Below, piece after piece: positions 52,730 through 64,000 of a stretch of 64,000 bases of DNA (position 1 is its first letter; each line of letters opens with the position of its first letter). The position numbers and the translations under genes are program-made. The notes beneath the pieces were generated by a model, which did no database searches, had not been told where the DNA came from, and saw only the letters and a program-made list of their open reading frames with translations. The stretch comes from Styela clava (taxonomy: Eukaryota): positions 4,774,001 through 4,838,000 of the forward strand of contig NC_135250.1 of NCBI RefSeq assembly GCF_964204865.1, written 5' to 3'.

Positions 52730-55700
52730 CTATTCTTCTTTTCCTTTTATCTGCTGAGTACGTTCTTTGACATTGTTAAATACTATTTTGCAGATCAGAA
52801 GGAACCAGTATATGATTAGAGTGTCTATAACAACTGCTGATCCAAAGAATATCACTTTGCATAGTGTATTGAGTCTGCAATTGGAATATTTTCGAATTGG
52901 TAAATGTGTAAAAATCGACAAATATCACTAAAACTTTTGATGAACATTAGGCTTGTTTGTTTATTCCTAATTGTATTGTGTTATTAGATAACTTTGAAGG
53001 AAGACATTGCTATCTGACAAATGTATGATCAAATAATTCATTGAGAAAATTTGCGATCAAAGAAGCACATAAGCAATTCACTTTTATAGGCACTCCCGTA
53101 GTGTGTGTACCAGTGAGGCCATATTTTTTCCAATTTTCCTTATTACAGTTCTATTACGAGTTCGGGGACTGTCTGTGTTAACCAAGTGAATATACCCCCT
53201 GCCCATAGGTTTCAGTCCCTTCACACAACTTGATGTAAAGTAGGCGAATAAAATTAGTTACCAACTCCCATATTGGTACACATACTTCTGGAGCGCCCTT
53301 TTATGCAGTAATCACTTTGGTTAAATGTAAGAATTGTTTCATTTGTCACCCATCTCACATCTTGTCACGTTTTAAAGCCTGATAAAATAATAATTGATAA
53401 TTCCTTCACCTCTTATATCCCTCAGTATCTTTCGTTATAAGTATAGTATAGTAGAATACTGGCATAGTAACAATACGACCTGAGAAATAAGTCACAACAA
53501 ACGCAATTTCCGTCATAGCATAAATTCTTTCATTTTTCATGCCGAATTTCTTCAAAACCCACCTAAGAATAAACAGAAATGTATGATATATACAATTTTA
53601 TGCTAACAGCTGTTCTATAGTCTAACAACCAGTGAAGTGAATGCTACACCATAACGCTGGCCAATGTGAAAGAACTACTGGATTACGAGCGTGATTTACA
53701 TATTTTCAGATAACATTAGTCAATGCCAGTGTAACTAACATACCGTGCTTCCCCGAAAATAAGACGGTCTTATTTCAATTTTCTTTAAAAAAAAAACACT
53801 AGGGCCTATTCTTGGTGGATGACTTTTATTTTCATCTATCAAAAACTATATTACAAAGTGGAGAATTACGAGATATTTAATTAAATATACAAAGTATGAA
53901 AACCGATATCCATTTGGTTATAAATAACAAGATTTTATTTAAAAAGAATTCGCGCCACCGACTAGGTCTTATTTTAAGAGGAGGGCTTATATTGAAATCA
54001 TTTCTAAAATTCAGTCTCGGACTTATTTTCGTTGAAACACGGTAATTAGTGTTAATTAAAGATATTTGCAGTCTGATTCAGAGTATTTCAAATACAAGGC
54101 TTTTCAACGCTATGTGACAAATATACGTTTGTTGATGACTGGACTAACATTTAGGCACAATTATTTATTTCACCTGAGATTCAGGACAGGCGTAGAAAGT
54201 TCATTCAAGCCTCTCATACATATGTGGAAAAGGAAGACTCTGTAGTACTGTAATTATAGAAGTGTAGTTTGATGGTTCCAGTAGAAGATTTAAATACAAA
54301 ATTGGGTACTCCCGTAGTAGTGTACCAGGTTAGGGTCAGGATTTTTTTTTAATTTTAATCCAATTTTCGCTTATTTTAGTTCTATTACGAGTTCAGGGAC
54401 TGTCTATGTTAGCCAAGTGAATATAACCTCTGCCCATAGGTTATAGTCCCTTTACACAACTTGATGTAAGGTAGGCGAACAAAATTAGTTACCTCCATAT
54501 TGGTACACACACTCCTGGGGCGCCCGAAATTGACCTACAGCACTTACTATAACTATAGATATAGCTGATAGAACCATGGAATGATGAATGAGGAAAATTA
54601 TTTTACTGAAGTTTCGCTTTCCTCGCAGATCGTTGATCATGTCTGTGAAATTAAGATAAGAAAACTTATTTTGAATTCCGTCATTGTACCAAAATAAATT
54701 AACAAGACAATACAGGAAAGGAAATTCTGGAAAGTTGGCAAAAGAGTTGATGAACTTTAGATTAAGTTTCAAACACAAAGACATAGAGGTACTATGGCAA
54801 TCTCACCTCGTGACATAGAAGATAAGTGAAAAAAGCACGATAAGATGGTCTGTAAACCTGTCTTTAAAGCTTGCAAGCATTGAGAGACAATACATGCCGG
54901 TAACTTACATGCATGCGCATAAAATTAACTTTAAAAATACTCCCACTTGTTTTGGGGGTAAATGGAATAGTGAAAGAAAATTTTGTATTTGTTGGAATAG
55001 CTATGCGAGTAATGCATATTAGAGACCGCGTTTGCGAACCCGGGCAGTTGATTTTTAGAGAGAGTCACACAAACTAATCGGGATTCAATTCTTTCATGAT
55101 GCCGCAGTCCACTTTACTTCAACATGACTGCGGAGCAAACCCTCATTATCTTTGGAGGTTAATATAGAGTCGGATTTATATAGGTTTGTCATTGCCGGCG
55201 TACTGTGCTTGGCGATTCAAGAAATAAAGTTTGAAAACCTAATATTGCCGGCCTTTTTGAATATATTCGATATACAATTTAATGATATAATATTAAGTAT
55301 ACACACGATAATTAAGTACCTGATAAAAAATAAGCTAAATTGATGCAGCAGTACGGTTCGCGGACAAAAGTGTCAGCCCTGTAAAACAAATTGCTCAAAT
55401 AAAACACACAGAACTGCTGCGAAACACCACCATATCCCGTTGAGTTAGTGCTCCAAAACAAGGGTGTGCAACATTTATTACACGAGGGCCGGATACAAAT
55501 AACTGGATGAAACCGCGGGTCGCACCTTTACCTCACATAGGCTTTCTAGTAGTTGGAAACCAAAAATTTTGGTTATTGATCTTGTGCGTTATTCGTTTTG
55601 CACAAGCTCAGATATAGGCTTTGCAGCGCAAAGGAGTTGGAATTACTCGCACATACTGGATTAAATTAAAAACTCGTTTCGCGGGACGCACGCCATTCAA

Positions 55701-57518
55701 ACGTGGCGCTCCTTCGCGGGTCGCACAAGTTGTCAAATAAGGGCCGCATTTGAGCCGTGGGCCGCGGCTTTCACAACCCTGCTCGAAAATAAAGCGTACG
55801 TTCATCGTTCGTTACCGCATTCGTGACATTATATTTGAGATTTTGTCTCGAGCCAAAACGACACCTTGCTAATGACTCTACTCATTTTTTTGGCGATGGC
55901 TCCATTCGATTTTCAGTAAATGTGATAAGATTACAACATGTTACACTTCAATTACTCGTCCGATATCTGTTACGAAAACGGCATCATAGAGTCGTGGTGG
56001 ATGTCATTCAAGTGATTTAGGGAAAGTGCATGGTTGACTCAAATGGGCGGGCAATGTGGTATCATTATACCTTTCGAAAAAATTGAAACCGTTTGGTACG
56101 TAAGAACCCTGCAAGATTAGTTACCAATAATGGGAAATAAAGAGTTTGATGTCCGTTAAAAACGCTTTATGGTGTCGACAAATTCGCTGATATGATGGGT
56201 TCCGCAGTTGATTGGCATGGGATAATGTGAAATACGAATTATATAATGAAAAACATGCTTGGTAGTGATTAGTCAATTTGGCACTTTACTCGCAAAATGT
56301 TTCTACACAGTTCAAGTTGGGCCCGAACTTGAGATCGAAATAATTTTTTAAATGGCCTTTGCAGTCAGTAAATAGTAATCAGTAGTTTATTTTTTCACCA
56401 TACGTGAAATACACTTCCTGAATACAGAATGTAAAAAGGTGAAAAACTTATATTTCGGGGTGGAAGGAGTCGCGAGAAACCAATACTGGAGGAGGAATAG
56501 GAGAAAAATACAAGCCGAGGCGACCTGAATTTCGAGAAGACGCCCGATACGCAAAGAAACAAAAACAAAAAATGACCCCAAGCTTCGTTTTGCTCACCTC
56601 TAATACACTGTCAAACTACTCTATAAGAAAAGTTTTTAAATGGTTCAATTTATTGTGACACAAGGTTAAAAATCGACCGTTTGTACTCGCATTCTCGGCT
56701 TTGAAATGAAAATGCGACCATTTTATCGTCCGCGCCCATAATTATATGACCAATGGTACAACTGAATATTAGGTTACCTCGGTTGATTCTAAGCGTTACA
56801 GATAAGTAAACTTCGCACAACTTTTCGGCCTATGTCAAGCTTCTGATTTTTCAATACTGTATTCAGATTGCGACTTATTAAAACCAATTACATTCAATAT
56901 ACATTCACGAAAACTAGAAATTTGCTTGCCAATATGGATCACTGCGTATACGTTGCCAATTTAGAACAAGAATAGCCGACACGTTGACAACCACAAAGGT
57001 TGAGTTAAGAGAAGACATCATTCTGAAAATACACGAAAAAGTAAGCTATTAGAATTCTTATAAATAGCGCGATAACGAAAATAGTAACTTTGCGATAACT
57101 CTTAAGGTCGATTCCCAAACGTAAGGTTACATGTAACAGTGCGCTCCAGAAGTATGTGTACTAATATGGAGGTAACTAATTGTGCTCGCCTACTTTACAT
57201 CAAGTTGTGTAAAGGGACTAAGTCTATGGGCAAGAGGCATATTCACTTGGCTAACACAGACAGTCCCCGAACTCGTAATAGAACTAAAATAACAAAAATC
57301 GGAATAAAATTATGGCCTAACGAATTGAATCTTTGTTTCAGCAATAATTAATCAAAGACTAACCTGCTTGCCAATCTCTTTTTGTCTTCATCAGATAATC
57401 GTTCGTAGTGAGATGGAATATATTTTTTGCATAGTCGAATTGACAATGACTTTCCAATAAACTGAAACCACGCAAAAAATAAAGATACAGTTGCAACGTT
57501 GGCGTATATTGACAGCAT
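52730..57518 (-). CDS. tlcd4: TLCD4/TMEM56-like paralog 3 (257 aa, 7 exons; intron 2 has a GC donor)
   Basis: Exons 57518-57364, 57022-56930, 55378-55320, 54642-54548, 54247-54174, 53562-53410, 52874-52730; 774 nt, open frame, same exon sizes as paralog 2. The donor after exon 2 is GCAAGC. Confidence 0.88.
55459..55781. mobile_element. Charlie-type hAT MITE present only in the right arm
   Basis: caagggtgtgcaac ... cacaaccctg with flanks ctccaaaa / ctcgaaaa. The equivalent left-arm site (~44270) is empty. Same family at ~10250-10555, 42058-42340 and 57660-57959. Confidence 0.82.
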
Positions 57519-58633
57519 CTTCAGTGATTACAAGTTAAGACTGAAAAATTAAGTGATAAATGATTTAAAATGCAATATCAGTTATATCAAGTTAATTTTA
57601 ATTGAAAGGAAAAGATTTCATCAGAAAACAATAATATGATACTAGTGCCAATTTTGAATTTCGTGCGGCCCGCGAAACGAGTTTTTAATTTAGTTTAATC
57701 TCATACGTGCGAGTAATTCCAATCCCTTTGCGTTGCAAAGCCTGTGCCTGAGTCCAATTCATTAGCTATGCATATGACGTTGCAATGCCCTAGGCCTAAC
57801 AGCTAGCTTGTGCGAAGCGAACAACGCATGTCATAAGATCAATAACCCAAATTTTTGTGCTTGGAACTACTAAAAAGCCTCTGTTAAATTAAAGTGCGGC
57901 CAGCGGTTTCACCCAGGTATTTGTATCCGACCGTCCTGTATTAAGGTTGTACACCCCTGACATAGAATACAGAATAAAAACAAGATATTCTCTAATCATA
58001 GACGAAGTTCGTGAACATTGTCATTGTAAACGATAAACACGGATACATCGGGCCAATCCTCGAAGCTGAACTAAAATATCACACACTTGGTGCATACATT
58101 TTCACACTAAACCTTCCATATATAAATCAAAATAATATTTCACCGAATTCAAAACAGACTGATACTACTACACAGATGATGAGTCATGGAATGCTAATGA
58201 TATTCAACGTTAGGTATGATATACGCCTCCACAGAATTAGAAACCGCTCCCGGCACTTCTCGACTTCGAAAATTTATGTTTCTTTTTCTAGTATGCAACT
58301 AGAACCTGAATTAACTATCAGTAAAGGTTGCGCGAGACTAACTCCCAATCCTTCCTCAATGAATTGCATAATAAAAACTGAATAGCACGTTGTCAAGACC
58401 AAGAGGCAACAATTCATATATATGTCTTTGTGATATCAAACGAAGCTAATGTGGCGAGTAAGATGTAGATGACAATGCCTTTCAGTCTGTACCGCCCAAA
58501 GGCACAATTGCTGAGAAGTGTTAATATGGGACATAGGGAGGGATAGTCAAACACAGTGAAGCAGAATGACTAATATCGACTTTCTAAAACCGTTAAATTG
58601 TACAGAAATGTAGTTTTCTTAATTACCAGTTTT

Positions 58634-58887
58634 TCAACAATCGCCAGACCAGGTTTATGCTCGTTTTGAGAAACACGTAAAACTTTGGTTTTTATTTGTT
58701 GATCGCAGCATTTCTTATTGTACTTATCCTCGATCGCTTTATTTCTCAGACGTATGGTTTCCACTTCTTCGCGAGTGGTCTCAGGCAAAACCCCAACACC
58801 GCCTGATAAAACTCCTCCCGCCTAAAGATAGGTTGGAAGCGATACTGAATCAGAAACATGCAGAGCTATCACTTCGCATGTCTTTAT
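58634..58887 (-). pseudogene. Inverted, truncated USP pseudogene copied from the 59540 gene
   Basis: Reverse complement aligns with 59540-59900. ATG>ATA (58885-58887), a deletion of roughly codons 4-40, TAC>TAG (58822-58824), and truncation before the ATP-binding motif. Confidence 0.92.
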
Positions 58888-59539
58888 GATTGCAGCAAAT
58901 GAAATGCAGCACAAGCAAACTTACGCCTCACCGTAGATGTGTGTGAAGTCATCAAAACAACTTATCGACACATTTTCATAGATTGTTACCTTTAACGTTT
59001 GGTACTATGATTAGCTCAATATAATAATATTTTATATAAAACGTTTTAGTCATAATCGTGAAACCAGGTCACAGTTTTGTCAGTCACCAAATATTATGGG
59101 TGATGGTCGCGAAAAAGTGCACATTCAAAACAAAACATTCGAAAATAGGCCACGCTAATGAGAATACTGTACTTTGATACAAAATTATAATTTTGTGTAT
59201 GTAGACTAGTATTCGAACTGCACATCAACAGGCATCAAAAAGCTCGCAATTGTAAAATATTTTGTTCTGAATGTGTCCTTTTTCGCGACCATCATCATAA
59301 TATTTGGTGATTGGTAAAGCTGTGACTTGGTTTTATCATTATGAGTATGACGTTTTATATAGAATTTTATTATTTGAAATAAATAAAATATAATAATAAT
59401 GAGCCAATCATAGTTTCAAATGTTAACGGTAACAATCAATGAAAATATGTCGATTAGTTTATTAGACTCCACACACTTCGCTTGTAAGGCGTAAGCTTGC
59501 TTTGCGATTTGCTCCTGCTGCATTTCATTTGCTGCAATC

Positions 59540-60046
59540 ATGGAGACGGGCGGCGTTCTTGAAAGTCCACCAATGCGGGTAATGGTTTGCATTGACGACA
59601 GTGTATATTCGCAAGTAGCATTTGAATATTATGTAGAAAATTTCCATCGACCAGAAAATGAGGTGATAGTCTTGCATGTTTCTGATTCAGTAACGCTTCC
59701 AACCTATCTTTACGCCGGAGGAGTTTTTTCAGGCGGTGTTGGGGTTTTGCCTGAGACCACTCGTGAAGAAGTGGAAACCATACGCCTGAGGAATAAAGCG
59801 ATCGAGGACAAGTACAATAAGAAATGCTGTGATCAACAAATTAAAAACAAGGTTTTGATTGTTTCTCAAAATGAGCATAAACCTGGTCCAGCAATTGTTG
59901 ATGCAGCTAAGAAACACAACGTAAATTTGATTGTGGTCGGAACCAGAGGTCTAGGAATGGTGAGGAGAACCATAATGGGATCAACTAGCAGTTATGTTAT
60001 TCATCACTGCCACATACCTACTTTAGTTTGCCCGACACCGAAATAG
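59540..60046 (+). CDS. Universal stress protein (UspA-domain), single coding exon, 168 aa
   Basis: RVMVCIDDSVYSQVAFEYY N-terminus. G-2X-G-9X-GS motif GTRGLGMVRRTIMGSTSSYVIHHCHIPTLVCP. Confidence 0.95.
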   Translation: METGGVLESPPMRVMVCIDDSVYSQVAFEYYVENFHRPENEVIVLHVSDSVTLPTYLYAGGVFSGGVGVLPETTREEVETIRLRNKAIEDKYNKKCCDQQIKNKVLIVSQNEHKPGPAIVDAAKKHNVNLIVVGTRGLGMVRRTIMGSTSSYVIHHCHIPTLVCPTPK

Positions 60047-62212
60047 ATTCAACTGGCATCTGTTTGCAGTTTGTCACTACTGTCCAACTGTCTTGACTGT
60101 ACTTCCAGACTACAACACTAAATCTACCTAATTGCTGAGAGATTGCATATGAAATATTGACATCTAATATTACTGTATAAAATCTGTAAATGTTTGGATC
60201 TCATGTAGTTTCGTACCACAATAACTTCTAGTGCAGTAGTGGGCTTATCCTAACCATGTTTGCATATGTGATTCCCAACCTCTGAACCTCCACCTGACTA
60301 CGTCATCCAAAAATTATGTCACTACGACATCACTGATTCACTGTATTGTAAAAAGGCCTGGCAGAATATAAGGATTGCCATCCAAAACGTGCAGGCGATT
60401 ATCCTTAGTCGAGCAAGCTATTTTTCTCATTTTGGCAATCTCAATATGAGAGAGATGCTTGCATTAGTGAGTTTGTATTATGCGGCGCAGATGATGTTTC
60501 GAACGATTGTAGCTATACTAGTATACTTTGACAAGCTCTATTGTGCGATTGTGATGTCGTAGTGATGTCATTTTTTGCCGACTCAATCGCAGGGGGGTTA
60601 GGAATGACATATGCAATAATTGTTATGCTGCGCTCACTAGAACTACTTGCGGTACGAAACTACACTAGATCCGCAGTTTGTTACTACTCTACAACACTTA
60701 CTGAATCTACCTATTTGGTGAGCGATTGCATATGAAATATTAGTAATATTAGTGTATTAAATGTTTTATATCACTTCATTGAAAACCATGTTATGTTGTG
60801 AAATAAAACAAAAGATAATTTGGTTCTGCGATGATATGAACATCCCTTTATCTATTTTTGCATATTAAAATTCCTATTCCTTTCCTATTGCAGTTCCATT
60901 TTTATAGTTTCGAGATATATTTGTGTTTCTCATTTTAATCAGCTATAATTGATTATAATATAATTATTGATTATATTATAATTGATTCTTATCAAATTTT
61001 AGATAATTAATGTTAGTCTCAAAATTCAATTTGCCATGTACTTGAATTAACAAACATTTTTGATTGTATATTTCATCAAGTAGAAAGGAAAAAATTATCA
61101 ATTACCTTCTGTTGTTCCTTTTGTTATATGATTGCAATTTTCATTCAGTGTTTCCTTGATTTGTTTTTGAAAATCATTATTTAGCGAAAATGGAACAAGT
61201 TGTCCCAGGAAAAAATTAAATCATGTTTCATATTGCAGTGTTGTTTTCTCCAAGACTCAAAATGTCTTCCAAGTTTTAATGACCATTTTGTAAAATAGCT
61301 TTTTACTCGGAACAAAGTGCATATTTTATCATGCTTTTATTTTATCATCAAGCTGAACTGAAAAAAAAAAATTAAATTATTTTCATGTGTGGATTTTAAA
61401 TCAAGAAAAATGTATATAACGATATATAATTTCTTTTCATTAACCTGCAAGACATACATAAAGCAATTATGCAGTAATTTTGACTCAAAATTTTAGCATT
61501 ACGAAAATCTCAAATTTGAACAATCTTTTATGGATGATGCAGTAGAAATAATGCTGAAAAAAATTATTTTGACAGATTACCATTTTTTTTCAATCACTCA
61601 ATTAAATAAAATACTATCTATATAAGAGCTTATAGTGTTTGCTTGAAGTAATATTACACGATTTCATCATTTATTTAAATATACTTTTTGTATAAATTCA
61701 GCTGCAATAACTAAATAATAGCCTAGCTTAACCTTTGAAATTTCAAACTCAATTTCATTCCAGAATATTTTAAATTCTAAGTTGGTGCAAAGGATAGAAA
61801 TGATGTTAATTTTCTAAAAAAGTCTTGTTACAGCAAATAGAAAATTAACAGATTTATTGCCTTTTGTACATTTGATTGTAGAGATTATGACTTGTTACTT
61901 TTGTGTGCAAGTTTTTTTACCGAATAGTACTAAAAACTGATAATTTCGTTTTGTGTTCTAATAGTTACTTTTTTGATATGATAATCAGTACATAGTGAAT
62001 ATTTTCCGGAAGTAAGAAAATTTTTTTCGTTAATTTTGTGTCAAATTTGAGGAAAAATGCGTATACATATTCGTTGCTTCTTATTTTGCAATATATCTTT
62101 TTATGGTCGCCATTGATATTAGTATATGATTATCACTAAACTGAAGTTAATATTATTGTACAGTCTATCTGGAACTAGGCTAGCTCGCGATTGAAGAATT
62201 TTGCAATAATAT

Positions 62213-64000
62213 ATGATGACAATGTCACCAACTAAATATTATTATGATTTGATGTCACAACCATGCAGAGCAATCTACATCTTTCTCAAATGTGCTAGGA
62301 TTCCTTTCCAGTCAGAAGTTGTGGCTTTGCGTAAAGGTAACAAGTTTGTTATAAAATATATAAAACAAAATTTGTGATCCGTATTTTCCTGCTCTTCTAG
62401 GAGGGTTTTATATTCCTTTTTGAGTATTTGTTTTTAAACTTCCATGATTGATGGTCTATGAAGACTCAGTGTTGTGGCCAGTGCTCTTCTATAAAAATAC
62501 CGTAGTTTAACTTTTAACATTTTTTTTTTAATTTTGGAGTAGCTCACATATATTTTGTTAGAAATCCTATTAACTCTAATAGTGAATATCGAAGCCATTT
62601 GTCCTACCTTTCTACCAAGTCTCAACTCTAATAAAATTTTTAAGCAGTATAAATATTTTACAGGAGAACATAGAACTCCAGATTATTTAAAGTTGAATCC
62701 AATGGGTTTGGTTCCAGTCATTGATGACAATGGTTTTGTTTTGACAGAGAGGTAAGTATTTGCGGATAATTTTTCTAGATATCTTATATAGAAATTTTGA
62801 TTGATAAGACCAGGGGTGTGCAACGGGCGGCGAACCACAACCAGTATTGCCCTTATCAACACTCTGATTTTCCCCGTCCAGCATAAGTTCCTGATCCGAC
62901 AGTTTATGGGTAATAAAAATACCTTTTTTTTTGCTCTCGTGCTGCTTTAAATCTTTCACCGTTTGCCCGATGCCTTTATTACTAAAAGGCTAAGAGGTAG
63001 CTGCATTCTTTTCTCATATCTTTCCCACGGCACTCTGGTTTTATTCAACGAGTGTCATGACTACAGGAATCCAATAGAAAAAGTCCAATATACTGTTTTG
63101 TCCATTATAAATTTTCTTGTTGTTATTGATATAGTTCGTCATAAATATTCTATTTTTTTTTTCAGTGTTGCAATAATGAAATATCTTGCTGATAAATACA
63201 GTGCTGATGAATCTCTGTATCCTAAAGATTTACAACTAAGGGCGAAGGTTGATGAATATTGTGCATGGCAGCATCTTAATACACGGTATTTGTCATAAAA
63301 CTTTGTATAATTACTGAATAGGGAACAGAAATTGCAGTCTGAGTGCGCACAAGGAATTTACATGAAGTTTTCATCATCTACTGACAGTTTCTTTTCGAGT
63401 TTTTATTTGGTTGAAATATCCACGGCTGAGAAGTTGGGTAAATTTACGATTGATTCAGAATAGTTGCTGATAATTTTGAATACAGCTCCAAATCAAATCT
63501 CGATAATAAAAACTGCAGCACATATGCAGAGATTTTTTTTATACACCATTAAAAACGCTTGTTCAACTATTCAGTTTTTTCTCAATGGAAATTTAATTAT
63601 CTCGATTAAAAGTCTTAAATTCTGACTCATGTGAGTTTGAAAACGACTCTCGAAATACCTTTATCAATGGGAAAACTTTCTTAGTTACTTTGATTATTAC
63701 TTTAAACAAATCTGTAAGAATTCATAATTTGAGTATGGCTTACTAATTGATAATGTTGTGAGAAGTCCCCAAGTCAAATCAATTACCAGGCCTCACTCTT
63801 TGTCTCCTGGTACTCGTACTACATTCCGGTGTTCGCCCTCTTGGTTCACGTACTACACACCTTTTTTCTATCATACGAACCATTGATTACTCTTACAGAA
63901 TGAAGTCAGCTAAAGTATTCATTGCAGAAGTCATCATGTCAACTCCTTCCTCGGATGTTGGTCACCTAGTTGATAATATGAATAAAATGTTGGACCAATT
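62213..64000 (+). CDS. gstt: Glutathione S-transferase, theta class (5' part; continues beyond the window)
   Basis: Exons 62213-62336, 62664-62751, 63166-63285, 63899 to end. Translation includes [73 protein letters not shown], which are theta-class signatures with the catalytic Ser. Confidence 0.93.

Larger units (their letters stand above)
49377..58625 (-). repeat. Right arm of the large inverted duplication, interrupted by a 2.4-kb hAT element
   Basis: See left arm. Homology to the left arm continues on both sides of the 49463-51874 insertion. Confidence 0.92.

Noticed and set aside
3013-57351. Recurring 60-150 aa ORFs sharing MCTNMEVTNF / GYIHLANTDSPRTRNRTK as a possible peptide gene family
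   Set aside because: They are translations of the family-A/B MITEs. Frames, starts and stops differ between copies, and many lie in introns.
41296-58625. Palindrome as a chimeric-read or amplification artefact
   Set aside because: The arms differ by many substitutions and by arm-specific insertions with TSDs and empty sites, whereas an artefactual fold-back would be near-identical. A haplotype mis-join is not fully excluded.

Overview
AT-rich eukaryotic (invertebrate animal) genomic DNA with short spliceosomal introns; an ascidian/tunicate origin is plausible but is only an inference. Most ORF-track entries are spurious, and the real genes had to be assembled from exons by hand. Genes: an intronless Par-6 CDS (1055-2149, +); a 4-exon GPI-type Ly6/uPAR three-finger gene (12123-14280, +); three intact 7-exon TLC-domain (TLCD4/TMEM56-like) paralogs (20280-26573 -, 42761-47579 +, 52730-57518 -); two intronless universal stress protein (USP) genes (35664-36185 +, 59540-60046 +) and an inverted USP pseudogene; and the 5' part of a theta-class GST (62213 to window end, +). 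The main structural feature is a ~17-kb diverged palindrome (~41296-58625) holding two tail-to-tail TLCD4 paralogs. It abuts a second ~1.3-kb fold-back holding a USP gene and its pseudogene head-to-head. A divergent TLCD4(-)/USP(+) pairing occurs twice. The rest is dense with non-autonomous DNA transposons: GG..CC-ended MITEs with 8-9 bp TSDs and internal TTAGGG motifs, hAT elements including a multi-level nest and one 2.4-kb element carrying a small Cys-rich ORF, a fold-back mariner, and a tRNA-derived SINE. All coordinates and counts were read by eye; repeat boundaries without a TSD are approximate.
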